DNA from: an uncultured Candidatus Saccharibacteria bacterium | Lineage (GTDB): Bacteria; Patescibacteriota; Minisyncoccia; Phycocordibacterales; PALSA-1337 | Reading direction: 5' to 3' | Length of the DNA stretch: 64,000 bases | Assembly (NCBI GenBank): GCA_964561875.1 | Contig: CAZLQL010000002.1 | Coordinates: forward strand, 23,613-87,612 | Shown here: piece after piece, positions 46,044 through 56,501 of the stretch | Numbering within the stretch: position 1 is the first letter of the stretch | Layout: every line of letters starts with the position of its first letter | Position numbers and translations under genes: made by a program | Notes under the pieces: generated by a model | The model's input: the letters and a program-made list of their open reading frames with translations, nothing else | The model's database searches: none | Told to the model about the DNA's origin: nothing

Positions 46044-47846
46044 ATGTATCAAAATAAAATTAATCTCGAATCTTTTTTTATTACTAAATATATCCTTGTC
46101 ATTTTTTTATTAATCCTATCTATATTTACCTTTGCAAACGCTCAAACAAATAATATTGGTGCTATGCAGTTGAGTCTTGTATCAAACCACGAGGATTCTA
46201 GTGTTCAAATAAAGATAGATATGACTAAACTTAATTATAAAGACTATTTAAGTCTAGGTGTTTATTGTGTTAAAGAAAATGGAAAAACTGATTTTGCTGT
46301 AAAGAATATATCTCCAGTTTGTGGAAATGTTTTAAATAATATTGAAAATAAGATATATACAACAACAGTCTCAAATCTAAATCCAAGTAGTGAATATGAA
46401 TTTTGTCTAAATGGTACAAGTTCAAAATACACATCAACAGGGAATTTTGAATGTGCAAAGATAAATACACAGTCAAAAAAGTCTTCAGTTGCAATGATAT
46501 ATATAAATTATGATGTTTCTCAAAATACTAGGAATTTGATTAAAAGATATGAAGATAGTATTCGTCTTTCAAATCCAGACGTAAGTATTGTCGAATATTC
46601 ACCACAACAAACCGTATCTAGCAGTGAGCTTTTGGAAAAATTGCGTAATACATACAAGAGTTCAAATTTAAAGTATTTATTAATGATAGGATTTGATCTA
46701 CCCGTACCTATGACTCAGGAGTCTGTATATTTTGCTGATCCTTACAGACATTTGTCTATTGATGAAGTAAATATGAAAAGAGATTTTCTGTATACATTAA
46801 ACAGTGAAATATCTATATCTGTTATAAAGGCTGAAGATGAAAAAGAAATGCAGGATTATTTCAATCGTCTTCACAGATTTTATACAGGTGAATTGAAGTT
46901 TGATAAAAAATTGTTTATTGCTGATGCAATGATACCAAGCGAATCATCGATAAACCTTTCAGATGTTCCAGCTCGATACAATCTAACCTCAACTGATTAT
47001 ATAAACGGTATAACTTCTTATTATGATTCAAAGGATATTGATATAACAAAATGGCAAAATGATTACCAAAATTTACTGTCAAAAAGTCATGAAATAACAA
47101 TAATAAACGCTCATGGTGCAACAAATTTTCATATGCCATGTAGGATGAATGCTTCAAATAATGAACAAGGATGTATCTCAAGTAGTTTTATAAAAAATAC
47201 AAAACCAAATTCTCAATTTATAATAGGTGTTTCATGTAATATAGGTAACTTCATGACCAAAGGTTCACCTATGAATGCTTATATATTTTCTGGAAATGCT
47301 TTGGCTGGATTGGGTGCTGAAGTGCCACTATGGGATCAGAATAGTTATTTAGCAAAGAATCTTTTAAAATCTTTGTCTGAAGGTGTGCGAATAGGGGATT
47401 TGTCTTTAAAAAATGGTTTGGTAGTTATAGGCGATCCATTTTTAAAGATTGGTCTTGTACAAAATTATAAATCAAAAATAGAGATTGAAGGAATAAAAAG
47501 CATGTATCCAGTTTCTGGTGCACCAGGCACAAAGGTGACTTTGACTATTTCAAACCCAGATAATATACCTATCGGTGTCGGCGATTTTAATTTTGGGTCA
47601 TATGGTTTAGTTAATTTCTCAAATTCAAACAATACAATTACTTTTAATGTTCCTAAAGATGCAAAATCTGGATATTATGATGTCGTTTGGTTCAGTTCAA
47701 AAGATTCATATAGTGTTAAATTTAATGTTGTTTCAAGTAATTCTCCTGTATCGATAAACACTTCAGATAAAGAAATGTATAAATTTGATTTCGGTAGTTT
47801 ATTATCAAATATTTCTATAGGATTCGGTAATTTGTTTAATAAGTAG
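46044..47846 (+). CDS. Secreted protein with Fn3-like, peptidase C25 (gingipain)-like and IPT/TIG-like domains
   Basis: Signal peptide, NLNPSSEYEF (Fn3-like), YLLMIG, INAHG, GVSCNIG, VIGDP; C-terminal domain paralogous to that of the 3094 protein. Confidence 0.72.
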   Translation: MYQNKINLESFFITKYILVIFLLILSIFTFANAQTNNIGAMQLSLVSNHEDSSVQIKIDMTKLNYKDYLSLGVYCVKENGKTDFAVKNISPVCGNVLNNIENKIYTTTVSNLNPSSEYEFCLNGTSSKYTSTGNFECAKINTQSKKSSVAMIYINYDVSQNTRNLIKRYEDSIRLSNPDVSIVEYSPQQTVSSSELLEKLRNTYKSSNLKYLLMIGFDLPVPMTQESVYFADPYRHLSIDEVNMKRDFLYTLNSEISISVIKAEDEKEMQDYFNRLHRFYTGELKFDKKLFIADAMIPSESSINLSDVPARYNLTSTDYINGITSYYDSKDIDITKWQNDYQNLLSKSHEITIINAHGATNFHMPCRMNASNNEQGCISSSFIKNTKPNSQFIIGVSCNIGNFMTKGSPMNAYIFSGNALAGLGAEVPLWDQNSYLAKNLLKSLSEGVRIGDLSLKNGLVVIGDPFLKIGLVQNYKSKIEIEGIKSMYPVSGAPGTKVTLTISNPDNIPIGVGDFNFGSYGLVNFSNSNNTITFNVPKDAKSGYYDVVWFSSKDSYSVKFNVVSSNSPVSINTSDKEMYKFDFGSLLSNISIGFGNLFNK

Positions 47847-47875
47847 AATTAGGTTAAATAAAGTAAATAAGGATT

Positions 47876-48529
47876 CTACCTCGCCAAAGATAAAACATCT
47901 ACATTTTTGTATCCAGATTTTATGAAAACCTCATAAGCCTGTTTTGCTGTACTTCCTGTAGTCACCACATCATCTATTATGACTATTGTTTTATCTTTTA
48001 TTTCATTATCTATTTCAATAGAGAATATGCCTTTCGATTCTTGTATTCTTTCATTTCGATTTTTTAAGGTTTGCCTATCTTTATGGATTAATCTCTTTAA
48101 GATGTTGTAATTTTTACTAAATATTTTTTCTTTATCTATTTTTATTATTTGATCTATTAGTATTTCACACTGGTTGTATCCACGTTCTTTACGTCTCTTT
48201 TTTGATATTGGAATAGGGATCAGGATCGCGCCTGATTTATAGGTTTTTAATAAATACTCATATAAATAATATGAAGCAATCTCTACAGCTTTCTTATTCT
48301 TTTTATACTTTATTTGCCAGACAAGTTCTGTGATTATGGGGTGTTTGTATGAATATAAGCTATGTATAAAATCAAAAGGAGGTGTATTGGCAGGTTTTGT
48401 TTCTTTGTAAAAATCAATAATATCAATATTTCTGATCTTTAATTCCATTTCATTTGGTGGAAATATGAAATCGAGTAAAATCTGACATACTTTAAACAAT
48501 CTTGTATGTGTTTTTGATATAAATGTCAT
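47876..48529 (-). CDS. comF: ComF family competence protein (PRTase fold)
   Basis: IPIPISKKRRKERGYNQ, IIDDVVTTGST. Confidence 0.9.
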   Translation of the reverse strand: MTFISKTHTRLFKVCQILLDFIFPPNEMELKIRNIDIIDFYKETKPANTPPFDFIHSLYSYKHPIITELVWQIKYKKNKKAVEIASYYLYEYLLKTYKSGAILIPIPISKKRRKERGYNQCEILIDQIIKIDKEKIFSKNYNILKRLIHKDRQTLKNRNERIQESKGIFSIEIDNEIKDKTIVIIDDVVTTGSTAKQAYEVFIKSGYKNVDVLSLAR

Positions 48530-48544
48530 GATATAATATTTGTT

Positions 48545-49672
48545 ATGAGTTTTCTTAGTAATATTTTATCTGCTTTCTCAAAGAAGGAACAAAGTGTCTT
48601 GGGTATTGATATTGGTTCTTCTGCTATAAAGGTTGTACAAATAAAAAAGAAGAGAGGAAGAGCTGTTCTTGAGACATATGGAGAATTGGCTCTGGGTCCT
48701 TATGCTGGTGTTGAGGTGGGTAGAGCAACTAGCTTGAGTAATGAAAAGATTATAGAGGCTTTAAAAGATATTTTAAGAGAAGCAAAGACAACTACTTTAA
48801 ATGCGGGTGTTGCATTACCACTCTCTTCTAGTTTGATTTCATTTATAAATCTTCCGAGTGTACCTGGTAAACAAATGGCAGAAGTTGTGGCTCTTGAGGC
48901 TAGAAAATATATACCTGTTCCAATGAATGAAGTAATGCTCGACTGGTCACCAGTTCCAAAAGAAGATGTGGTGCCAAGTAGTGATGAACAAATAAAAGAT
49001 GATTCAAAAAACTCTGTTAAACAGCAAACACAAGATGTATTGATAGTGGCAATTCATAATGAATATTTATCAAACTATCAAAGCATAACTCAAGGCGCAT
49101 CCATTGTACCATCATTTTATGAAATAGAATTGTTCAGTTCAATTCGTGCAGTTGTCGAACAAGGTATACAGACAGTAATGATACTTGATATGGGTGCAAG
49201 ACTTACAAAACTATATATTGTTGAGAGAGGTGTTCTAAGAGCTTCGCATATCATAAATAAAGGATCTCAAGATATAACTTTGGCTTTATCTCAAGCATTG
49301 AGTATAAGTGTAAATGAGGCTGAAAATCTAAAAAGAGTGCATGGTTTAAAGGGTGGTCCTGAACAAAAGGAATTAACAGAAATAATAACTGTAAATCTAG
49401 ACTATATATTTTATGAAGCAAATACTACCTTGTTAAATTATCAAAGAAAATATTCAAAAAATATTTCAAAAGTTATTCTTACAGGGGGAGGGGTCTTGCT
49501 TAAGGGATTTATAGATCTAGCAAAGATCAGTTTTCAGAGCGATATCGTATATGCAGATCCATTCGGTAGGTTGGAGTCACCTGCATTTCTTGAACAAGAG
49601 TTTAAAGAGGCTGGACCTGAATTTTCAGTTGCTATAGGTATAGCACTAAGGAAACTTTCTGAAAACGGATAA
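48545..49672 (+). CDS. pilM: Type IV pilus assembly protein PilM
   Basis: LGIDIGSSAIK, EARKYIP, ILTGGG, VAIGIALR. Confidence 0.95.
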   Translation: MSFLSNILSAFSKKEQSVLGIDIGSSAIKVVQIKKKRGRAVLETYGELALGPYAGVEVGRATSLSNEKIIEALKDILREAKTTTLNAGVALPLSSSLISFINLPSVPGKQMAEVVALEARKYIPVPMNEVMLDWSPVPKEDVVPSSDEQIKDDSKNSVKQQTQDVLIVAIHNEYLSNYQSITQGASIVPSFYEIELFSSIRAVVEQGIQTVMILDMGARLTKLYIVERGVLRASHIINKGSQDITLALSQALSISVNEAENLKRVHGLKGGPEQKELTEIITVNLDYIFYEANTTLLNYQRKYSKNISKVILTGGGVLLKGFIDLAKISFQSDIVYADPFGRLESPAFLEQEFKEAGPEFSVAIGIALRKLSENG

Positions 49673-49742
49673 AGATATACACAGTTTCATTAAACGCAAG
49701 TATTTTTGTGTAGTATAATATTGATAATAGCTGTTTTTAAAT

Positions 49743-50444
49743 ATGGAGACAAAATTTCAAACTTCATTTATTCCCAAAAAGCCCTTAACTACAGATGGTA
49801 GTAGTAAGGTTATTCCTAGTCACTCATCTGGTGGTACTAGTATATTTATGATAATTGGGGTGTTGGTATTTATAGCTTCTGTTGCAGGTGCAGTATTTTC
49901 TGTTGTATGGAAGGGTGTTCTAATAAATTCACAAAAACAATACAAGATTTCACTAGCTAGAAATAAAGAAAGTTTCAATATTTCACTAATAGAAGATCTA
50001 AAGAAGGCAAGTGCAAAACTAGATTTAACTAGAAACCTGGTAAAGTCACACGCTTCAGTTTCTGAAGTGTTCAATATAATAGGTGCTTTAACTATCGAAG
50101 GTGTGAGATTTGATAATCTTTCATACGATGGCCCAACTGGTAATGGAGAAAGTGGAACTTTGGCAAAAGTTAGTCTAAAGGGAGTTGCAAAGGGATACAG
50201 TAGTATAGCTTTTCAATCAGATGTATTTGGTAAATCAAGTCAACTCGGTACAAATAAGGTTATAAAAAATCCTTTATTATCTGATATGTCTCTAGATCAA
50301 AATGGAAATGTTGCATTCAATTTTTCTGCAAACATTGATCCGCAACTATTTACCTATGAAAAGGTTCATGGTGATCAGTTTAAGTCAGAAAGTGTAGAAC
50401 AGGATAATTCAGCAAATGCTTCTGATGCATTAAATAATAATTAA
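49743..50444 (+). CDS. pilN: PilN-like protein
   Basis: N-terminal TSFIPK motif, single TM, coiled coil; follows pilM. Confidence 0.7.
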   Translation: METKFQTSFIPKKPLTTDGSSKVIPSHSSGGTSIFMIIGVLVFIASVAGAVFSVVWKGVLINSQKQYKISLARNKESFNISLIEDLKKASAKLDLTRNLVKSHASVSEVFNIIGALTIEGVRFDNLSYDGPTGNGESGTLAKVSLKGVAKGYSSIAFQSDVFGKSSQLGTNKVIKNPLLSDMSLDQNGNVAFNFSANIDPQLFTYEKVHGDQFKSESVEQDNSANASDALNNN

Positions 50445-50448
50445 TAGT

Positions 50449-51015
50449 ATGAATAAAAATATAACAGCTGTAATACTAATAATTTTGGCAGGAGGTATAT
50501 ATTTTACCTTCACAAGTAGTAAACTTGCTGAGCTTAAGACTATTCAAGCTGTAAATGATCAATATCAAGAAGCAATAAAGAATTCTGAAAATCTAATAAA
50601 AGTGAGAGATGAAGTAAATGCAAAGTACAGCTCGATTTCTATTGAAGATAGAGAAAGATTAAATAAATTATTACCAAACACAGTAGACAATGTGAGATTG
50701 ATAATTGATGTAAAGGATAATATTGCATCAAAGCATGGCCTATTTCTTAAGGGTATAAAGACTACATCACCAGAAGCTACTATGGCTTTAAATGCGCCTG
50801 CAAATAGAGGTGGTAGTCCAAGTACACCATCAAGCTATGGTACAGTAACTCTATCTTTTGATGTTACAACTACTTATGAAACATTCCTATCATTTTTAAA
50901 TGACCTTGAATCTAGTCTTAGAATAATGGATGTTTCTAAATTATCTGTAAAATCAAATCCAAATGGACAGTATGATTTTTCAGTAGAAATAAAAACATAT
51001 TGGTTAAAAGAATAA
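50449..51015 (+). CDS. pilO: PilO-like protein
   Basis: TM, coiled coil, LNKLLP, TYETFLSFLNDLESSLRIMDV. Confidence 0.8.
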   Translation: MNKNITAVILIILAGGIYFTFTSSKLAELKTIQAVNDQYQEAIKNSENLIKVRDEVNAKYSSISIEDRERLNKLLPNTVDNVRLIIDVKDNIASKHGLFLKGIKTTSPEATMALNAPANRGGSPSTPSSYGTVTLSFDVTTTYETFLSFLNDLESSLRIMDVSKLSVKSNPNGQYDFSVEIKTYWLKE

Positions 51016-51016
51016 T

Positions 51017-51376
51017 ATGAATAATTCATCATCAAAAAATGGAATAATAGTTCTCGTAGTGGCAATAGTGTTTATTGGTGGTATTTACTTTTACATGAAC
51101 GGAAACCCAAGTGGTGATTCAATAAACTCTCTTTCAGCTTCTAGTTTAGATGCTGATGCGGCAAAAGAAGGGGCAGAAATATTGACACTTCTATCACAGA
51201 TAAAGTCATTGAGAATCGATACTTCTATATTTAGTGACCCAGTATATAAAACTCTTATAGATTATACTGTAGAAGTACCCCCACAAAATATCGGTAAAAA
51301 GAATCCTTTTGCAAACTTTGTTGGTACAACTGTAGTTGAGACTAAAACGACTGTTAACCCTAGAACAGGGAGATAA
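51017..51376 (+). CDS. Small membrane-anchored pilus accessory protein in the PilP position
   Basis: N-terminal TM, GKKNPF motif. Confidence 0.6.
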   Translation: MNNSSSKNGIIVLVVAIVFIGGIYFYMNGNPSGDSINSLSASSLDADAAKEGAEILTLLSQIKSLRIDTSIFSDPVYKTLIDYTVEVPPQNIGKKNPFANFVGTTVVETKTTVNPRTGR

Positions 51377-51388
51377 AATACTAAAATT

Positions 51389-53104
51389 ATGAGTATTATA
51401 GACATACTCCTTTCAAAAAATTTGATATCAAAAGGTGATATCAAAGAAATAAAAGATAGAACAGGTAAGGGAGAAATCCTGGATCAAGTTCTTATTGAAC
51501 GTGGAATAAAACCAGAAGAAATAGTAAAAGCTAGAGGTGAATTTTTAAATATTCCAGTAAAGTCTTTGGGCGATACTACAGTACCTTTTGAAGCTTTGGA
51601 TTATATACCAGAAGAATCTGCTGCACATTACAAATTTGTTCCTATTGGTATAAAAGATGGAACACTTGAAGTTGGAATAGTGGATCCAGACAATATTGAA
51701 GCTCGAGATGCGCTAAATTTTATCGTCGCAAAGAAAAATATTCCTTACAAGATATACATAATCAGTGTTGATGATTTTAATAAAGTAATCGAATCATATA
51801 AAGGAATTTCTGGTGAAGTATCAAAGGCACTTTCTGAACTAGAAACTGTTCTATCTGTAGATAAAGAGGGTACAGTAGATAAAAAAGATGCAAAAACAGA
51901 TCCAAAATCTGAAGCTTTTATAATTGAAGATGCGCCTGTTGTAAAGATTGTGGCAACAATAGTTAGGTATGCAACAGAGGGAAATGCATCTGACGTCCAC
52001 ATAGAACGTATGTACGATAAGGTTAGAGTACGTTTCCGTGTTGATGGAGTTTTGAATACTAGTCTAGTTTTACCATCGCAAGTTCATGAAGCAGTAGTAG
52101 CAAGAATAAAAGTGCTTTCAAATATGAAGCTCGATGAAAAGAGAAAACCTCAAGATGGTCGTTTTTCTGCTCGTATAGACGGAAGAAAGATAGATTTTCG
52201 TGTATCTACTTTCCCTGCGTATTATGGAGAAAAGGTTGTGATGCGTATTCTGGATCAAGAAAAAGGTGTAAAAAAACTAGATGATATGTATATAACCAAA
52301 AAGAATTTGGATTATATAAAAGAAGCGATACAGAGACCTTACGGACTTATACTTATAACTGGACCTACTGGATCAGGAAAATCTACAACCCTTTATTCTA
52401 TGTTAAATGAAGTAGATAAAGAGAGTACAAACGTACTTTCTCTAGAAGATCCTGTTGAATACAACATGGAAGGGGTAAGTCAGTCTCAAGTTAGACCTGA
52501 GATCGGTTATACATTTGCATCAGGATTGCGTACCACTCTAAGACAAGACCCAGATGTGATCATGGTGGGAGAGATCAGAGATAGAGAAACGGCTCAACTT
52601 GCGGTGCAAGCTGCTCTTACAGGTCACCTTGTGTTTTCAACACTTCACACCAATAATGCTGCAGGTGTTATACCGCGTCTTATAGATATGGGTGTAGATC
52701 CTTATCTTATTGCACCTACTCTTATTATGGCCATTGCGCAGAGACTTGTTGGTTTGCTTTGTCCTGGAGCGGGTAAACTCGTACCAGTAGAGGGAAGTTT
52801 GAAAAAGATAATTGATAAACAATTCGAAGATTTGCCAGAAGAATATAGAAAAGATATTCCATTTTCAAATGAAGTTTATGAAATAGCCCCAACACCAGAA
52901 TGTCCTAGAGGTACAAAAGGTCGTACCTCGGTTCTAGAAGTATTTAAAATGGATAAAGATATTGAAAATGTAATCCTTAAGAGTCCGACAGAATTGGAAA
53001 TATCAAAAATACTTAGAAAGAAGGGAATGTTGACTATGAAAGAAGATGCGATGATAAAAGCTTTCCAGAAAATTATCCCCTTTGAGGAAGTAAATAAACT
53101 CTAG
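51389..53104 (+). CDS. pilB: Type IV pilus assembly ATPase PilB/GspE
   Basis: ASDVHIE, PQDGR, GPTGSGKSTT, LRQDPD, GHLVFSTLHTN. Confidence 0.95.
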   Translation: MSIIDILLSKNLISKGDIKEIKDRTGKGEILDQVLIERGIKPEEIVKARGEFLNIPVKSLGDTTVPFEALDYIPEESAAHYKFVPIGIKDGTLEVGIVDPDNIEARDALNFIVAKKNIPYKIYIISVDDFNKVIESYKGISGEVSKALSELETVLSVDKEGTVDKKDAKTDPKSEAFIIEDAPVVKIVATIVRYATEGNASDVHIERMYDKVRVRFRVDGVLNTSLVLPSQVHEAVVARIKVLSNMKLDEKRKPQDGRFSARIDGRKIDFRVSTFPAYYGEKVVMRILDQEKGVKKLDDMYITKKNLDYIKEAIQRPYGLILITGPTGSGKSTTLYSMLNEVDKESTNVLSLEDPVEYNMEGVSQSQVRPEIGYTFASGLRTTLRQDPDVIMVGEIRDRETAQLAVQAALTGHLVFSTLHTNNAAGVIPRLIDMGVDPYLIAPTLIMAIAQRLVGLLCPGAGKLVPVEGSLKKIIDKQFEDLPEEYRKDIPFSNEVYEIAPTPECPRGTKGRTSVLEVFKMDKDIENVILKSPTELEISKILRKKGMLTMKEDAMIKAFQKIIPFEEVNKL

Positions 53105-53121
53105 TATAATATCTACATATT

Positions 53122-53520
53122 ATGGAAACTCCTGAAAATAAAAAAAGCATATTACTTATAGATGATGATAAATTTCTTATTGAAATGTATGCTCTTAAGT
53201 TTAAAAATAGTGGTTTCGAAGTAAATTCTGCTTTGGGTCCTGAAGAAGCATTAAAAATTATAAGAGGAGGTTTGGAACCTAGTATTATTTTAATGGACTT
53301 AGTTATGCCTGGTATGGATGGGTTGGAACTTCTTTCTGTAATAAGAAAAGAAGAGTTGGTAAAAAAGACTGTGATAATAATGCTTACAAATCAAGGTGTT
53401 CCAGATGATATAGCAAAAGCAAAGAAGTTAAATGTAGATGGATATATCATAAAAGCTACATCTATTCCTTCAGAGGTACTATCAGAAGTTATAAGAATAT
53501 ATGAGTCTTCAAAGAAATAA
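53122..53520 (+). CDS. Single-domain response regulator (CheY-like)
   Basis: LLIDDD, LMDLVMPGMDG, MLTN, YIIK. Confidence 0.92.
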   Translation: METPENKKSILLIDDDKFLIEMYALKFKNSGFEVNSALGPEEALKIIRGGLEPSIILMDLVMPGMDGLELLSVIRKEELVKKTVIIMLTNQGVPDDIAKAKKLNVDGYIIKATSIPSEVLSEVIRIYESSKK

Positions 53521-53534
53521 AATAAATAAAAATT

Positions 53535-54593
53535 ATGGAATATAAAAAAGAGATTGAAGAATTGGTACAAACTGTAGTTCATGAAGGGGCTTCTGATCTA
53601 CACCTTTCTGAAGGAAGAAATCCTTCTATTAGAGTTTCTGGAAACCTTATTCCTCTCATAAAGAAGCCGGTATTAACCCCTGCAGACATGAAGGGTATAT
53701 CAAATGAATTTCTTAGTGAGAGAAATAGACAGATTTTAGAAAAGGAAAGAAGCGCTGATTTTTCTTACAGTCTCACAAATGTGCGCTTCAGAGGTAATGT
53801 GTATTATAGACAGGGACAACTGTGTATTGCTCTACGTTTAATCCCAAAAAGTATAAGGACATTATCAGAATTGCATTTACCACCAGTACTTGAATCTTTT
53901 ACTAGAAAACCACAAGGATTCTTCCTATGTGTAGGACCTATAGGTCAAGGAAAAACAACTACTCTAGCTTCACTTATTGAAATAATAAATCAAACAAGAA
54001 GTGAGCATATACTTACAATCGAAGATCCTATCGAGTATCTTTATGATTCAAAGAAATCAATAATAGATCAAAGAGAGATAGGTACTGATGCTCCGGATTT
54101 TCACTCTGCTCTTACAGCAATGTTTAGAGAGGATATAGATGTTTGTCTTGTGGGAGAAATGAGAGATATTCAGACTATATCTACTGCAGTTACAGCAGCT
54201 GAGACAGGACACCTTATTTTTTCAACACTCCATACAAACAATGCTGCTCAAACTATAAATCGTATAATAGACTCATTCCCACCATCACAACAAGATCAGA
54301 TTCGTATACAGCTTGCAGGAAGTTTGACTGGTATCTTTTCTCAAAGATTGATACCTAGAGTTTCCGGAGGTTTGGTGCCCGCATATGAACTTCTTATAAA
54401 CAACAGTGCTGTTGCAAACCTAATAAGGGAAAAAAGAATACATGAGATAAATACGGTTATAGAAACAGGTTTAAATGAAGGAATGGTAGATATGAATCGT
54501 TCTTTGGCTGAACTAGTAAGAACAGGGGAAATAACAGTAGATAATGCATTCTTAAATTCATTTAATCCAAAAACATTGGAAAGAATGATATAA
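53535..54593 (+). CDS. pilT: Pilus retraction ATPase PilT
   Basis: ASDLHL, GPIGQGKTTT, EDPIE, AAETGHL, AVANLIRE. Confidence 0.93.
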   Translation: MEYKKEIEELVQTVVHEGASDLHLSEGRNPSIRVSGNLIPLIKKPVLTPADMKGISNEFLSERNRQILEKERSADFSYSLTNVRFRGNVYYRQGQLCIALRLIPKSIRTLSELHLPPVLESFTRKPQGFFLCVGPIGQGKTTTLASLIEIINQTRSEHILTIEDPIEYLYDSKKSIIDQREIGTDAPDFHSALTAMFREDIDVCLVGEMRDIQTISTAVTAAETGHLIFSTLHTNNAAQTINRIIDSFPPSQQDQIRIQLAGSLTGIFSQRLIPRVSGGLVPAYELLINNSAVANLIREKRIHEINTVIETGLNEGMVDMNRSLAELVRTGEITVDNAFLNSFNPKTLERMI

Positions 54594-54597
54594 AATC

Positions 54598-55806
54598 ATG
54601 TTATTTATATATAAAGCTATAGACAATACAGGTGTAGAGAAGTCAGGATCAATAGATGCTGTAAATGTTGATATTGCAATATCATCACTACAAAGAAGAG
54701 GTCTTGTTATAACTTCAATACATGAAAGTGGTGAAGGTAATGGATTATTTTCAAAAAATATATCTTTTTTTGATAGAGTTTCAAATAAAGATGTAGTGAT
54801 CTTATCGAGACAGTTAGCAACATTGTTTGATGCTCAAGTATCTGCTTTGAGAATATTTAGATTGCTATCATCAGAAGCAGAAAATAAATTTTTAGGTAAA
54901 TCGCTTGCTACCATATCAGATGACTTACAGGCAGGTAGCTCAGTATCAGCTGCTTTGAGTAAACACCCAAAGATATTTACAGAATTTTATACTAGCATGG
55001 TAAAAGCTGGAGAAGAGTCAGGTAAGTTGAATGATACATTTAACTATCTAGCTGATTATTTAGATAGAACATATGCTCTAGTTTCAAAAGCAAAAGGGGC
55101 TCTTATATACCCAGCTTTCGTTATTGGAACATTCATAACAGTTATGATACTTATGTTCACTACAGTTATCCCAAAGATAAGTGCAATCCTAGTAGATTCA
55201 GGACAGGAAATTCCAATATATACAAAAATAGTTTTAGGTATAAGTAATTTCTTTGTTTCTTATGGATTTATAATGCTTGGAGTAGCTATTGTAGGCGGAT
55301 TCCTACTTATTAGATACATTAGGACAAAAGATGGAAGAGTAGTTTTTGATAGATTTAAACTCTCAATACCATTTGTGAGCACATTATTTAAGAAATTGTA
55401 TCTTTCTAGATTGTCAGATAATATGAATACTATGCTTATGGCAGGTATACCTATGATCAGATCACTAGAACTAACATCTTCGGTTATAAATAACGTAATA
55501 TACAAGGCTATAATATCTGATGCAGTAGAAGGAGTAAAAGCTGGTAAACCAATATCAGAATCACTATCAAACAATACTCAAATACCAGGAATTATGATTC
55601 AGATGATGAAGGTTGGAGAAGAAACTGGAGAATTGGGTAATATATTGAAAACCCTAGCAACTTTCTATTCAAGAGAAGTAACAACTGCAGTAGATGCTCT
55701 AGTGAGTCTTATAGAACCGCTTATGATAGTTCTTCTCGGAGGAGGTGTGGCAGTACTACTAGCATCGGTGCTTATACCTATATACAATATTGCTTCTTCT
55801 CAATAG
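54598..55806 (+). CDS. pilC: Pilus platform protein PilC/GspF
   Basis: SRQLATL, GEESGKL, ALIYP, GEETGEL, LIEP. Confidence 0.95.
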   Translation: MLFIYKAIDNTGVEKSGSIDAVNVDIAISSLQRRGLVITSIHESGEGNGLFSKNISFFDRVSNKDVVILSRQLATLFDAQVSALRIFRLLSSEAENKFLGKSLATISDDLQAGSSVSAALSKHPKIFTEFYTSMVKAGEESGKLNDTFNYLADYLDRTYALVSKAKGALIYPAFVIGTFITVMILMFTTVIPKISAILVDSGQEIPIYTKIVLGISNFFVSYGFIMLGVAIVGGFLLIRYIRTKDGRVVFDRFKLSIPFVSTLFKKLYLSRLSDNMNTMLMAGIPMIRSLELTSSVINNVIYKAIISDAVEGVKAGKPISESLSNNTQIPGIMIQMMKVGEETGELGNILKTLATFYSREVTTAVDALVSLIEPLMIVLLGGGVAVLLASVLIPIYNIASSQ

Positions 55807-55822
55807 GTAGGTTTTACACCAG

Positions 55823-55831
55823 TTATCCACA
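55823..55831 (+). promoter_or_regulatory. DnaA box consensus upstream of the major pilin promoter
   Basis: TTATCCACA; TATAAT follows at 55864-55869 region. Confidence 0.45.
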
Positions 55832-55914
55832 TTATTAAATATGCTAACCATGGTATTTTGTTATAATAGTCCACATAAGAGTATTAAAGGTTAAATTAAT
55901 AGTAATTAAATAAA

Positions 55915-56439
55915 ATGAAAAAATATTTAAATAGAGGATTTACATTGATCGAATTGCTAGTTGTGATAGCAATCATCGGTATATTGTCATCAGTTGTTCT
56001 TGCATCACTAAACACAGCAAGAGGAAAGGGATCTGATACAGCAGTAAAGGCAAACCTTGCAAATGTAAGAGCGCAAGCAGAAATAGTTTATGATGGACAG
56101 GGATGTTATTCAAGTGATCCTTCTACAGCGTGTGCAGCAGGAGCTGTTAGTGCCGCAGTTGCATGTCCAGCTGTCGGAGCAGGTACAGCAGGAACACTAT
56201 TTAGAAATGATACAGTAGCAAATCAGATTGCTTCAGCAAAAGCAGCTGCTGGAGGATTTACAGCTTGTGCTTCTACAGCAAACCAAGCTGCTTGGGCAAT
56301 TGCTGTTCAGTTGAAACAAGATCTTAAGACTGCATGGTGTGTAGATAGTACAGGTGTTTCAAAGCAAATAGGAGACGCTTCAGCATATACACAGGCAACA
56401 TTGAGTGCAGATGTATCTGGAGGAGTTTGTGGTTCATAA
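55915..56439 (+). CDS. Type IV pilin, probably the major pilin
   Basis: RG-FTLIELLVVIAIIGILSSVVLASL, WCVDS; own promoter and terminator. Confidence 0.93.
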   Translation: MKKYLNRGFTLIELLVVIAIIGILSSVVLASLNTARGKGSDTAVKANLANVRAQAEIVYDGQGCYSSDPSTACAAGAVSAAVACPAVGAGTAGTLFRNDTVANQIASAKAAAGGFTACASTANQAAWAIAVQLKQDLKTAWCVDSTGVSKQIGDASAYTQATLSADVSGGVCGS

Positions 56440-56460
56440 TTGATTTAGGATAGTTAAAAC

Positions 56461-56490
56461 AAAAAAACCACCCTTATGGTGGTTTTTTTT
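56461..56490. terminator. Bidirectional terminator
   Basis: AAAAAAACCACC...GGTGGTTTTTTTT. Confidence 0.7.
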
Positions 56491-56501
56491 GTTTGTTATA
56501 C

